Counted from the stretch's first letter, positions 13,660 to 26,523 are shown. The stretch: DNA of 64,000 bases from Vicugna vicugna (GCA_013265495.1 MU058139.1:310001-374000); one strand, 5' to 3'. The notes: a model not told the origin generated them from the letters alone. Numbers and translations: made by a program.

Positions 13660-15373
13660 CTTCAGGAATGGTGAAGTAAAGACCTCTGAAAAACCATTCT
13701 TACATAAAAACAGTGAGAACACTGGCAAAAATTTTCAAAACCAACATTTGAGAATGCTGGAAATTAATTAAAGATGACAATAATCTAAGCAGTGTTTATT
13801 CAAGAAAAATGGTTGAATCTCAGAAAGAGTAGCCAGCTTTCTGGTATCTTAATTTTCCCTATTTCAGCCTCTTCCCCTCCCCAGCTTTGCAGTAGCATTA
13901 CAATAGCCTCACGATTATTTTAGCTGTGAAAACCAGCAGCCCAACAGCTATTGGAAGGGGTGGGTGGAACAGATCAGGAGTTCCAAAAATCATCCTATCC
14001 CTAGGGAATTATTATTTAACCTGCCTGGCAGCTTCCTAGAAAAGTTCCATCCTCTGGATTTGTCTTCATTTGCTCTAACACAGAGCATGCTGTGTACAAA
14101 ATCCCCATCAATGGGGTGTTTTTGAAAATCATCAGTGACAATGTTTAGCATCACAACTGCATGTGGTAATGATACCACTTACAGCTAATAAGAGGCTGAC
14201 CAAAAATGTAAACACTGAAGAACAGGATATCCACAGGGGGCTGTGAAAAGCTCTGCCATGTTTCTGGGAATATAGAAGTCCCCACACGTGTGCAGGGCTG
14301 TGAACATGCCCAAGAAAAACCAGAGAAGACCCTAGTTTCTCACCTCCACATGCTCTTAAGGCTCTGTGAAAGTAGACGGTGAATACTAAGGCAGAGTTGT
14401 AAACTGCCTTCTAGAGTCAGGTAGGCTTATCCTAACCACCCTCCCACCCCCACCACACACACAGTCCCTCAGAAAAGACTGAGAGGATTATTATTTGCAC
14501 ACATTAAAAGGAATCTCTGTTTAATCAATTATTGATCACTAACTGGAATACAGAATTTCAATGGCTACACGATAATGAATACAGACATAGAATTCGTGCA
14601 CAAAAGTCATTGGACAGTAACAACCAACTTTAGGGGAAGGGTTGCCACATTTCCAGAATTGCCACATTATGTTATTTAAAATGTCTAGTTTTTAACAAAA
14701 AATTATGAAACACCCTCCCCCCCCCCAGGAGGAAAGTATAGCCTATGCAAAGGAAAAGGAATCAATAGAAGCTACCCTGGAGAAAGCCAAGATGTCAGAA
14801 TTACTTAACAGATACTTTAAATGAGCTATTGTAAATATGCCAAAGAACTAAAAGAAACCATGTCTAAGAATTAAAGTATGGAATGGTGTCTTACCAAATA
14901 GAGAGTATCAGGGCAGTGATAGAAATTTTTACAAGAAAAAACAATCAATTAGAAATCATGGAGTTGAAATTCACTGAATAGGCTCAATGACAGATCTGAG
15001 CAGACAGAAAAAAATAATCATTGAACTTGAAGGGAGGTCAGCTGAGATTTTCCTTTGAAGGAAAGAGAGAAAAAGAATGAAGACCACTATACAGAGCTTC
15101 AGAAACTATCATTTTACCAACATATATATGAGTGCATAATGAGAGTCACAGATGAGAAGAAAGAGAAAGGGAAACAAAGAATATTTGAAGAAACACTGTC
15201 TGAACACCTCCCAAATTTGATGAAAAATATTAATCTACACATCCAAGAAGCCCAACAAATTCCAAGTAGGACAAGCTCAGTGAGATCTATACCTAGACAG
15301 ATCACTGTCAAACTATCAAAGCTAAAGAAAAAGGGATCATCTTGAAAGAGCTAAAAAAAGAAAAGAAAAGAAA
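13660..15373 (+). mobile_element. Old L1 (L1M4/L1MB-like) 5'UTR and ORF1, left part
   Basis: ORF1-like peptide IFEETLSEHLPNLMKNINLHIQEAQQIPSR...PRQITVKL; old L1 5' end motif at ~13660. Confidence 0.8.
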
Positions 15374-18300
15374 GGAGTAGCCAAGATGGCGGAGTAGAAG
15401 GACGCTCGTAGCTTACCCTCTCCCACAAATACACCAAAACTCACATCCATAGACCCACTCAGCCAACCAGAGCACCTGCTGAACTCCAACAGAACATCGC
15501 CCTCTTCAAAAGACAAAGACGCCACGAATCTGTTAGCAGAAAAGGAAAAAATAAAGAAGGAAAAAAAAAAAACAGTGTGGGACCACTCCCATGGGGAGGG
15601 AGTGGCAAAGGAGGACTAGCACTCATTCGCTGGGTCTCCCCCCTCCAATGGAGAGGCCAGTGGGATGGAGGGGGAGCCTCCAAGGCTTGGATCTGTAAGG
15701 AGCACCCCTTGACTGACAGAACTAAGTTAAACGGGCACAGAGGGCCCCTGCGACACCCAGCCTGAGATGTGAGTCATCAGCTCGGGGCCGGGACAGGCGG
15801 CTCAAGCCGGGCGGAGGACTGGGGCAGCTGCACTGACATAGCCCTGGAGGACTGCAGGGGGCTGTGTGCCGTGGCTGGGAGGGGATACAGAGCAGAGCAA
15901 CCTGGGCCCCCCATAAATTATGGGGGGGAAAAAAGCAAAGCAACACTGCTGGTGTGCCCTGGGGGGAGGGGTGCTGTGGCCTTTGTCCCCTCAGACCCAC
16001 AGCACTATTACTGGCGCTTCTTGGGAGGAGAGACGCAGGGCACAGCCACAGCTGCCATCTCCTCCTGTGCACAGCACCTGGGCCGGGGCAGGGCCGAGCC
16101 CTGAATCCGCACCTCAGGGCTTCGCAACCTCCTGGGCAGGACTGAGACTTGTTTACAGCCTGAGACAGATAGGATCTCTCTGCCTTGGTACCTCAAAGAA
16201 CTCCTGCCACCAAGACAACAAGGAGCTGAGTTTTGGAATGGAGCAGGGGTGGGGCGGTTCCACGGTCTTCTCCGAGCCCACCTACAGAGCACCAGCCCGA
16301 GGTGGAATGGGCAGCTGCACAGAGCAGGGAGCTGCACAGACCAGCACCGGGAGAGGGCAGGAGGCCACCCACCTTCCTGGCAGGAGCACAGCACCTGACT
16401 GAGGTGCTGGGAGGGGGCGCAGCCAGCACGCCTACCTCGCCCGAGCACAGCAGCATCAGGAGATGGGGTGACCTGCCCACGCCCAGGAAGGAGCAGAGCA
16501 CCTGAACCTCTGTTGGGAGGGGGCACGATCTGCTTGCCGACAGGCACTGGGAGCAGCACAGAGAGGGTGCCAACGGAGGGCCTCTGGAAACAGCAAGCTG
16601 AGTTTCTGAAACAGGGTGAAGACAAAAAGACTTCTCAATAAAATCATTTAAGAGCATACAGTCTACGGGAGAACACATTTTTTTAAAATCTTTTTTATAT
16701 CTGTTCTATTTTCTATTACCTTTTTAATTTTTACTTTTTAAACAATTGTGTATGTCTACAGTTTTAATCCCTTTTAAATATTTCTTCTAAAATATTTTTA
16801 TTTTTATTATTTTTAAAAACCTAACTCATTTCATTTTTATTTCTATTGGTTTTATTCTCCTGTTATTGATTATACACAGGATTCAAATATTATTTTCTGA
16901 TTTTTCTCCTACTTTTAAGGTTTTTAAAAGATGTCTCAATTCAATTGCTATTCTGCTTCAATTTGCTCTTCTATTATTGATTATACACTGTTTTCAAACC
17001 TTTTTTCCCCTCCATTCTTTATATTATAAACCATTCTTTATATTGCTATCTATTTAATACAAACAGTTATAGTAATGGATTAATAGAATTACAAAAAAGG
17101 GTAACCATGCCAAAAACTTAGAAGTGAGTCACAAAAACTAAATAAAATCCAAGATAATACAAAGGAAAATTACCAGACCACAAAAGGAAGAAGAAAGGAA
17201 CAAAGAGGAAATACCAAATCAACTGCAGTAAGTTCAAAATGGCAATAAACACACATCTATCATTAACTACTGTAAATGTTAATAGACTAAATGCTCCAGT
17301 CAAAAGATGTAGAGTGGAAGACTGGGTAATAAAGCAAGAACCTTCAATATGCTGCATACAAGAGACCCACTTTCGGGAGAAGGACACATATAGATTGAGA
17401 GTGAAAGGATGGAAAAGGATATTCCATGCAAATGGAAAAGCCAAAAGAGCAGGTGTACCAGTACTGATTTCAGACAAAATAGACTTTAAAACAAAGACCA
17501 TAAAGAAAGATAAAGAGGGACATTTTATAATGATTAAAGGAGTGATACAAGATGAAGACATTACACTCGTTAATATATATGCACCCAATATAGGAGCACC
17601 TAAGTATATAAAACAATTACTAAGAGAGATACAGGGAGAAACTGAACGGAATACAATCATTGTCAGAGATTTTAACACTGCATTAGCATCACTAGACAGA
17701 TCTTCCAGACAGAAAATAAATAAAGCGACAGAGAAATTAAATGATACAATAGAAAAATTAGATTTGGTGGATATTTTCAGAGCATTACACCCCCCCCAAA
17801 ATAGGATATACATTCTTTTCAAGTGCACATGGATCATTTTCTAGGATAGATCATGTACTTGGGCACAAAATAAGCCTCAACAATTTTAAGAAGATAGAAG
17901 TTATCTCAAGCATCTTTACTACCACAATACCATGAAACTAGAATCAATTACAGAGAAACAAAGGAGAAAAAAAGGGAAGCATGGTGATTAAAAACATGCT
18001 ATTCAAAAACCAATGGGTCAATGATGAAATCAAAGTTGAAGTTAAAATGTACCTTGAGACAAATGAAAATGAAAACACAACCACACAAAATTTATGGGAC
18101 ACAGCAAAGGCGGTGGTAAGAGGGAAGTTTATAGCGATACAGGCCTTCCTCAGAAAAGAAGAACAATCTCAAATAAACAACCTAACCCACCAGCTAAAAG
18201 AATTAGAAAAAGAAGAGCAAAAAAACAAAAAAACCCCTAAGCAGAAGGAAGGAAATAATAAAGATCAGGGAAGAAATAAGTAAAATAGAGATTAATAAAA

Positions 18301-21300
18301 CAATAGAAAAAGTCAATCAAACCAAAAGCTGGGTTTTTGAAAGAGTAAATAAAAACCTCTGGCCAAAGTCACAAAGAAAAAAGATAGAGCACAAATAAGA
18401 AAAATAAGGAAGGAAAATGGAGAAATTACAACAAATAACATAGAAATACAGAATATCATATGAGAATATTATGAAAAACTATATGAAATGAAAATGGATA
18501 ACGTAGAGGAGATGGACAAGTTTCTGGAAACATACAGTCCACCAAGACTGAATCAAGAAGAAACTGACCACTTGAACAAACTGATCACTAGAAATGAAAT
18601 CGAATTAGCAGTAGAAAACCTCCCTACAAATAAAAGTCCAGGATCGGATGGCTTCACTGGGGAATTCTACCAAACATACAAAGAAGAACTCATACCAGTC
18701 CTCCTCAAACTCTTCCAGAAGATTGAGAAAGAGGGAATACTCCCAAACTCATTCTATGAAGCCACCATCACCCTGATACCAAAACCAGGCAGACACCACC
18801 AAAAAAGAGAATTACAGACCAGAGTCACTGATGAACATAGATACAAAAATCCTCACCAAAATATTAGCAAATAGAATCCAACAGCACATAAAAAAGATTA
18901 TACATCCTGATCAAGTGGTGTTTATCCCAGGGACACAAGGGTGGTTTAACATACGTGAATCAATCAATGTAATACATCACATCAACAAGAGAAAGGACAA
19001 AAATCACATGATTATCTCAACAGATGCAGAAAAAGTATTTGATAACATTCAACACCCATTTATGATAAAAACTCTCACCAAAGTGGGCATAGAGGCAACA
19101 TATCTCAACATAATAAAAGCTATAGCCAGCATAGTACTCAACGGTGAAAACTTATAGCCAGCATAGTACTCAACAGTGAAAAACTCAAAAGCTTCCCACT
19201 AAAATCTGGGACAAGACAAGGATGCCCACTATCACCACTCCTATTCAACATAGTCTTGGAAGTCCTAGCCACACCAATCAGGCAAGAGAGAGGAAAAAAA
19301 GGGATCCAAATTGGAAAAGAAGAGGTAAAAGTGTCACTATATGCCAATGACATGATACTATATATAGAAAACCTTAAAAGGTCCACACAAAACCGACTAG
19401 AACTATTCAAAGAATTCAGCAAGGTAACAGGTTACAAGATTAGCATTCAAAAATCAGTTGCATTTCTTCACACTAATGATGAATCAACAGACGAAGAAAG
19501 TAAAGAAACAATCCCCTTTAAAATAGCACCCAAAGTAGTAAAATACCTAGGAATAAATCTAACCAAGGAGGTGAAAGACTTATAAATGGAAAACTATAAA
19601 CCATTGAAGAAAGAAATTAAAGAAGACTTAAAAAAATGGAAAGATATCCCATGCTCTTGGATTGGAAGAATCAATATTGTTAAAATGGTCACACTGCCCA
19701 AGGCAATCTACAGGCTTAATGCAATCCCTATCAAATTACCCAGGACATATTTCACAGAACTAGAATAAATCATAATAAAATTTATAGGGAACCACAAAAG
19801 ACCTAAAATTGCCAAAACATTACTGAAGAGAAAGAAAGAGGCTGGAGGAATAACTCTCCCAGACTTCAGACAATACTACAGAGCTACAGTAATCAAGACA
19901 GCATGGTATTGGTACAAAAACAGACATGTGGGCCAATGGAACAGAATAGAGAGCCCAGAAATGAACCCACAAACTTCTGGCTAACTAATTTTTGACAAAG
20001 GAGGCAAGAATATACAATGCAATAAAGACAGTCTCTTCAGCAAATGATGTTGGGAAAACTGGACAGCAGCATTTAAATAAAAGAAGCTAGAACACTCCCT
20101 TACACCATACACAAAAATCAACTCAAAATGGATCAAAGACTTAAACATAAGACAAGATACAGTAAAACTCCTATAAGAAAATATAGGCAAAACATTATCT
20201 GACATACATCTCAAAAAATGCTCTCCTAGGGCAGTCTACCCAAGCAATAGAAATAAAAGCAAGAATAAACAAATGGGACCTAATTAAACTTAAAAGCTTC
20301 TGCACAGCAAAGGAGACCATTTGTAAAACAAAACAACGTACAGAATAGGAGAAAATTTTTGCAAATGAAACCAACAAAAGCTTGATCTCCAGAATATATA
20401 GGCAGCTCAAACGACTTAATAAGAAAAAAAACAAAAAACCCAGTCCAAAAATTGGCAAAAGACCTAAACAAGCAATTCTCCAAGGAAGAAATACAAATGA
20501 CCAATAGGCACATGAAAAAAATGCTTGGTATCACTATTATCAGAGAAATACAAATCAAAACTACGATGAGGTATCACCTCACACCGGTCAGAATGGCCAT
20601 CATTCAAAAGTTCACAAATAACAAATGCTGGAGAGGCTGTGGAGAAAAGAGAACCCTCCTACACTGCTGGTGGGAATGCAGGTTGGTGCAGCCACTGTGG
20701 AAAACAGTATGGAGATTCCTCAAAAGACTAGGAATAGACTTACCATATGACTCAGCAGTCCCACTCCTGGGCATGTATCCATAAGGAACTCTACTTCAAA
20801 ATGACACCTGCACCCCAATGTTCATAGCAGCACTATTTACAATAGCCAAGACATGGAAACAGCCTAAATGCCCATCGACAGATGACTGAATAAAGAAGAG
20901 ATGGTATATTTATACAATGGAATACTATTCAGCCACAAAAACTGACAACATAATGTTATCTGCAGCAACATGGATGTTTCTGGAGAATGTCATTCTAAGT
21001 GAAGTAAGCCAGAAAGAGAAAGAAAAATACCATATGAGATTGCTCCTATGTGGAATCTAAAAAAAAAAAAAATCCTAAATACAAAACAGAAACAGACTCA
21101 TAGACACAGAATAGAAACTTGTGGTTGCCAAGGGGGCAGGCAGTGGGAAGGGACAAATTGGGATTTCAAATGTAGAATAGATAAACACGATTATACTGTA
21201 TAGCACAGGGAAATATATACAAGATCTTGTGGTAGCTCACAGTGAAAAAAAAATGGGACAATGGATATATGTATGTTCAGGTATAACTGAAAAATTGTGC

Positions 21301-21368
21301 TCTACACTGGAATTTGACACAACATTGTAAAATGGCTATAACTCATTTAAAAAAAATTAAAAAAAAAC
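15374..21368 (+). mobile_element. Younger ~6 kb L1: 5'UTR, ORF1 absent, disrupted ORF2, 3'UTR, A tail
   Basis: Starts ggagtagccaagatggcgg (YY1-type motif); GC-rich then T-rich 5'UTR; endonuclease, RT and C-terminal ORF2 fragments; A-rich tail. Confidence 0.95.
17239..21060 (+). pseudogene. L1 ORF2 (APE endonuclease and reverse transcriptase), inactivated
   Basis: NVNRLNAPVKR...[39 protein letters not shown] changed to YAND at 19340-19351; broken by several frameshifts and stops. Confidence 0.92.
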
Positions 21369-22725
21369 AGAAAAGATTTATCCTGTAAAAAGACACTCAA
21401 CAAAATCAACATTTCATTTCTCATGAGAAAGCGTGAAAGTCAGATCAGTGGGATCACATATTCAAAGTGCTAAAATAAAAAGGCTGTTGATCAAGAATTC
21501 TATAACCAACAAATGTATCCTCCAAACTAAGTACAAATTAAAGAACTCCTTTCTAACAGATTTATTACCCTGTAAGAAATACAAAAGGGAGTCTTTGAGG
21601 CTGAAATGCGAGACAGTAGGTAGTAAAGAAATGACATAAGTAGTTGTAAAGGCAGTGTAAACGTATTTTCATCTGTAGTTCTTGTCTTCTGCTATCTGAT
21701 TTAAAGGCAACTGCATAAAACAATAATTATAAAACTATGCTGATGGTCTTATGATGTTTAAATATATAATTTTTATGACAATAATACCACAAAAGATGGG
21801 GGTGGGTGGGAATGGAGTTATATTACAACAAAGTTTTGTATATCTACTAAAATTAAGTTGCTAGTAATCTAAACTACATTGTCTTAAATTAAGATGTTAA
21901 TTGCAATCCTCTAAACAACCACTGAGAAAAAAACTAAAAAAAATATGATGAAAGAATAAACAAATTAAAGTGGTGTACTAGAAAATATGTATTTAATAGT
22001 AAGATGGCTATCATCAATAAGACAGGCAATAACAGTTGTTGACGGGGAAGTGGAGAAACTGGGACCCTTGTGCGTTGCTGGAGGGAATATAAAATAGTGT
22101 GGCCACTTTGAAAAACAGTTTGGCATGTCCTCAAAAATGGAAACACCAAATTACCGTATGATCCAGCAATGCCACTCCTAGTTATAAACTTAAGAGAATT
22201 GAAAGCATACATCCACACAAAAATTTATACAGGAATGTTCCTAGAAATATTAGTCATAAATGGTGAAGAAGGAGAAACAACCCAAATGTGACACAGCTGC
22301 TGAGTGGAAAAACTAAAGGTGGTACATCCATACAGTGGAATATTCTTCTGCCTTAAAGTGAAGGAAGGACAGACAGATTGTAGAATGTGGATGAACCTCA
22401 GAACAGTATGCTAAGTGAGTGAAGCCAGCCACAAAAGGCCACTTACTGTATGATTATATTTATGTGAAATGTCCTGGATAGACAAGTCCATACAGACAGA
22501 AAGTAGACTAGTGGTTTGCATAGACTGGAGGCGAGGAGAACGGAGAGTCAGTGGTAAGGAGTACCTGGTTTCTGTCAGGGTGGTGAGAGTGTCCTCACGT
22601 TAGATAGCAGTGATGATGCAGAACCTTGTCAACATACTAAAAATCACTGAACTATACTGTTTAAAAGGGTAAATTTTGTGGTGAGTGAATAGTAGCTCAA
22701 CAAAGCTATTATTAGGGAAAAAAAC
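21369..22725 (+). mobile_element. Old L1, right part: ORF1 C-terminus and spacer joined at ~22000 to an L1MB-like 3' end
   Basis: QWDHIFKVLK ORF1 C-terminal motif near 21446; ORF2 tail and 3'UTR (ccagcaatgccactcctag; aaaatcactgaactatac). Confidence 0.78.
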
Positions 22726-23070
22726 CAGAAAATAAAGGATGTTGTTATTATAAGCTCATGAGTGTTTTTCCAATGCTTCACTTTACCAAATTGAAAATTG
22801 TTTTAGAATTGCCTAATATAAGTGACGTGATGAATAGCTATGCTAAAAACGGTGAAGATTAAAGTACCCCAGAAAGGTGAAGAAAGTTCTACCTTGGTAA
22901 CAGTAATAATAGGGTCTCCTTCATGGACTTAACTTCATGCTTGACAGAGAAGAAGCACCCATTAAAAATTGGGTTATGTGGGAAAATTATGGTGATTTTT
23001 TTTCAAAATTATGGAGATCACTGCTGTCTGAATCAGTGGATTTAAGAAAATATTTATAAATTTCTTTGTA

Positions 23071-23171
23071 GGGATTGGGGGTGGGGGGTGTGTAGCTCAA
23101 TGGTAGACTGCTTGCTTGCCATGCCCAAGGTCCTGGGTTCAATCCCTACCGCCTCCATTAAGCGGAAAAAC
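23071..23171 (+). mobile_element. Vic-1-like SINE
   Basis: A and B boxes; degenerate TSD aatttctttgta / aattcttctgta. Confidence 0.8.
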
Positions 23172-23340
23172 AATTCTTCTGTATAACAAGATCGGAGATC
23201 ACTATGATAAAGGATTGAAGGGAGAAGAGACAAGAAATACATACATACATACATAATTTTTTAAAATTTCTTTGGGAAAATTGTTTTAAATGTTTTTTTC
23301 ATATCACTATAGGACTGGGACTTTGTATAATTTTTTTTTT

Positions 23341-23605
23341 NNNNNNNNNNNNNNNNNNNNNNNNNNNNNNNNNNNNNNNNNNNNNNNNNNNNNNNNNNNN
23401 NNNNNNNNNNNNNNNNNNNNNNNNNNNNNNNNNNNNNNNNNNNNNNNNNNNNNNNNNNNNNNNNNNNNNNNNNNNNNNNNNNNNNNNNNNNNNNNNNNNN
23501 NNNNNNNNNNNNNNNNNNNNNNNNNNNNNNNNNNNNNNNNNNNNNNNNNNNNNNNNNNNNNNNNNNNNNNNNNNNNNNNNNNNNNNNNNNNNNNNNNNNN
23601 NNNNN
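23341..23605. other. Assembly gap (265 N)
   Basis: Run of N flanked by T runs. Confidence 1.
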
Positions 23606-23742
23606 TTTTGTAAATTTTTTTTTTAATACTTGCAAGGGAGGTAATTGGGTTTATTTCTTTTTGATGGAGGTACTGGGGATTGAACCCAGGGCCTTGATGC
23701 ATGCTAAGCAAGCAGGCTACCACTGAGCTATGCCGTCCCCCC
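23606..23742 (-). mobile_element. Vic-1-like SINE
   Basis: Antisense B box gggattgaaccc and A box ccactgagcta; gaggtaatt(g)ggtttattt 3' module. Confidence 0.88.
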
Positions 23743-23822
23743 GGGATGGCAAGTTTGAAGTGAGAGTGCTACCTTCTTCTCTGCCAGAGGTTATTTCAAA
23801 GCTGTTGCTTTTCATTCTGCAG

Positions 23823-24020
23823 GTGCTTGTGGCGGGTTCCTGCAGACAGGAGATGCTCCAGTCTTTCTTTACTCACCAGGCTGGCCTGAGAGCTACAGCA
23901 ATGGCATGGACTGTATGTGGCTTATCCAGGCTCCTGATTCGACTGTGGAGCTCAACATCCTTTCCCTGGACATTGAATCTCACAGTACATGCAACTATGA
24001 TAAACTTGTGATAAGAGACG
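23823..24020 (+). CDS. CUBN: CUBN exon ~40, CUB14 N-half
   Basis: cag|GT GCT TGT GGC...GAC G|gtgaga; 198 nt; [21 protein letters not shown]...[10 protein letters not shown] (frame not shown in the ORF track). Confidence 0.96.
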
Positions 24021-24669
24021 GTGAGAAACATTTAAAAAACAAAATACAACCTAAACCTACCAAGTTTCAACCCTGACGCATATTTAGTTACATTCGATTA
24101 TAATCATACTTGTTTCCTGCCTCCATCCATTTTGCGTGGAATTTCACAGATATTATGGTCAATGAGAGCATCAAATATTAGAACTGATCACCATTTCTGT
24201 AGAATGTAAGGAACCTACTAAATTGCCTGTAGCAAAATAACCCACACGCTACCCACTGTATCAGAGAGAGCATTCCGTTCCCAAGAGGAAGTGTTACCTG
24301 TGGCTTAAGTAGGAAATAATAGTCTGAGTTTTCTAATAGAATTTATATTACATTATATAATTCCAATATTTAATACTAGACGGTGCTGCTTACTTGTTCA
24401 AAAGCTTGATATTTTAGAACTATAGCTTTAAGATCCAAGTGTGAAAAGTATTTATAATTGCAGTGTATTAAATTTTCTGTGTCTACTGCATCTCAGGCCA
24501 GAATGGGTAGAATTAAGGGCTAATATTTTTTCATCTTTCCCTCTATACGCAGGTGTGGTATTGTTATGCAATAAGTGAGGGAAATGAATAATGCTTAAAT
24601 GCAAGATGCACAGAATATCTTGCTTCAGTTTGCATGGAATCGGGGAGAACAGAGAGACCATACCCTCCA

Positions 24670-25068
24670 ATCAGTGCTTCTTACAGTGTGGTCCCCAGAC
24701 CAGCAGCATCAGCATCACTTGGGAACTTGTTAGAAATGCAAGCTCTATGCCCCACCCCAGGCCAACTAAGCCAGAAATTCTCAGGATGGGTCCCAGATCT
24801 GTCTCCTGTTAAGGCCAAGATTTGAGGGTAAGAGGGCAAGGCAGGATTGGGGAAAGCGTAGAGTCAGATCCTGTCTTTCTTTAAAATTTTTAAATTCTGT
24901 TCACTTAACATTAAATTTCAATTTTTTAAATATTGCACTAAAATATTTTTATCTCGATTTCTGAGGTCTTTGGCACCTCCTTAAATTTTGCCCCCAATGT
25001 CAGGGTCTCCCTCGCCTGACTCTAGTCCTTGCCTCCAGCTGATGGTCTCTAAGTTGGAGAACCACTAC
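24670..25068. mobile_element. MER5A-like element interrupted by a MER96-like hAT element (~24811-25035)
   Basis: gtgtggtccccagaccagcagcatcagcatcac...gagaaccact MER5A ends; inner aaattttgcccc...cctcgcctgactctagtcc segment. Confidence 0.6.
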
Positions 25069-25077
25069 TCTATGTGA

Positions 25078-25340
25078 CAGATACTGCAACCTCAGTGCCT
25101 ACCTGGACAGCAGGTAACACCCAGTGAGGCGTTAACCCAGAGAGCAGAATTAAAGGGGCCGTTACGAGGGATGCAGGCTTAGTGTTATGGATCTTACTTC
25201 CCAAGAGATGCTAGAAGTGTGGAATTTTCTGTGAATTTCCAATTTTGTCAATTAATTAGAAATGCTTCAGAGCAATTTTTTTTTGGACAAAATAAACATG
25301 TTTGCTTTTGGCCCACAGGTTGCTAATGTGTAAGTTCTTG
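25078..25340 (+). mobile_element. MER103-like hAT relic
   Basis: gcaacctcagtgcctac...gcaggtaac...caagagatgctagaa...ttggccca. Confidence 0.5.
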
Positions 25341-26486
25341 TCTCCCTTATCCTATCAACCCTAGGCCCCCACTAAGTATAGTGAGAAAAATCAAACGGCA
25401 GAGGTGTTTGTTTTCCTTCTGTAGAGACTGGGCACTAAGTAAAGATTCAAGTCACTCATACAAACATGTCTAGATGGTAAACCACAACTCTTGACTTTTT
25501 CCTATCAACAGTCAGCTATCAGCACATTGCCCAGAGGAACCATCACTGAGGAATAAAATATACACATATGAAATAAATAACAACATATAATAAACTTTAC
25601 AATTTTGTGACACTGATAATTAGAGAAAATGTCCACAGAAATGATTTGGGGTGAAAGGTGTAACAAAAGAGCATAATGGAGATAATAAATGCAAAAAGAG
25701 TTACAGATAGACTTTTGAGTTGTAAAGAATGAAGTTTTCAGGGGTCAGAAGCCCTCCGAAGAATGCCTGTCTAAGCGTCTTGTATTTGTAGCTGTGCCAT
25801 TACATTTGACAACTTGTTTTCTAAACTAGTTAATAATTAGTTTTAGGTTGTGGTCAATGTCAAAAAGGAATCATTTTGCTGGTTGAGTGAAAGGGCAAAT
25901 TTCCTCATGTCTCATATTCTATTTTTGTTTTTTGTTTTTGTAAGCTTGAAATTCATTAATTCTCTGCCTCAGGGGGAAAAAACTTATTTTTCCTGCCAAG
26001 GAATCCAAGTCTGTTATAATCCCCTTTGCTCCATTCAGGCTTTGACTGAGACAGTTGTTTTGATCCAAATTTATATCAAGAGAAACCAAAGAAAAAAGGG
26101 CCACGGGGTGACACAGCCCCCATTTGTGTCTCTGGAGCAGCACACTGCTGACGGTGTCTTTTCTCATTCTCCACACACGGTCAGAAGTGTGCTCTTTTAA
26201 TGGCAAAACAAAGAACAGAAAAATGATAAGTGAAAAAAGAGAAAAGAAAAACCCTCTGGAGGTGAAGACACACTTCTGGGCAAATGACCTTATAACCTTA
26301 GAACTAAGGCTGAAGAACCAAACTACTTCTTTTTTTTTTTTTTTAAGATACTTGACCTTCAGCAGTCAAGCAATCAGAATAGTTTAGATCAGTGTCTAAT
26401 GCACACATGAACACTGGTCCTCAATTACTTCCCAATCCCATGTCCTATTCATTTTGAATTTTAGTGCCAGGGAGAATTGTCAGCCG

Positions 26487-26523
26487 TTTTTTGTTTTGTT
26501 TTGTTTTGTTTTGTTTTGTTTTT
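26487..26523. repeat. (TTTTG)n microsatellite
   Basis: Direct reading. Confidence 0.9.

Noticed and set aside
15459..16678. Many overlapping ORFs up to 205 aa, considered as ORF1 or an ORF0-like product
   Set aside because: GC-rich UTR is poor in stops; no coiled-coil or RRM similarity; the longest begins at TTG
17118..17837. 239-aa minus-strand ORF
   Set aside because: Antisense shadow of the L1 endonuclease region; no independent coding evidence
23261..23723. ORFs with long X runs
   Set aside because: Artefacts of the N gap
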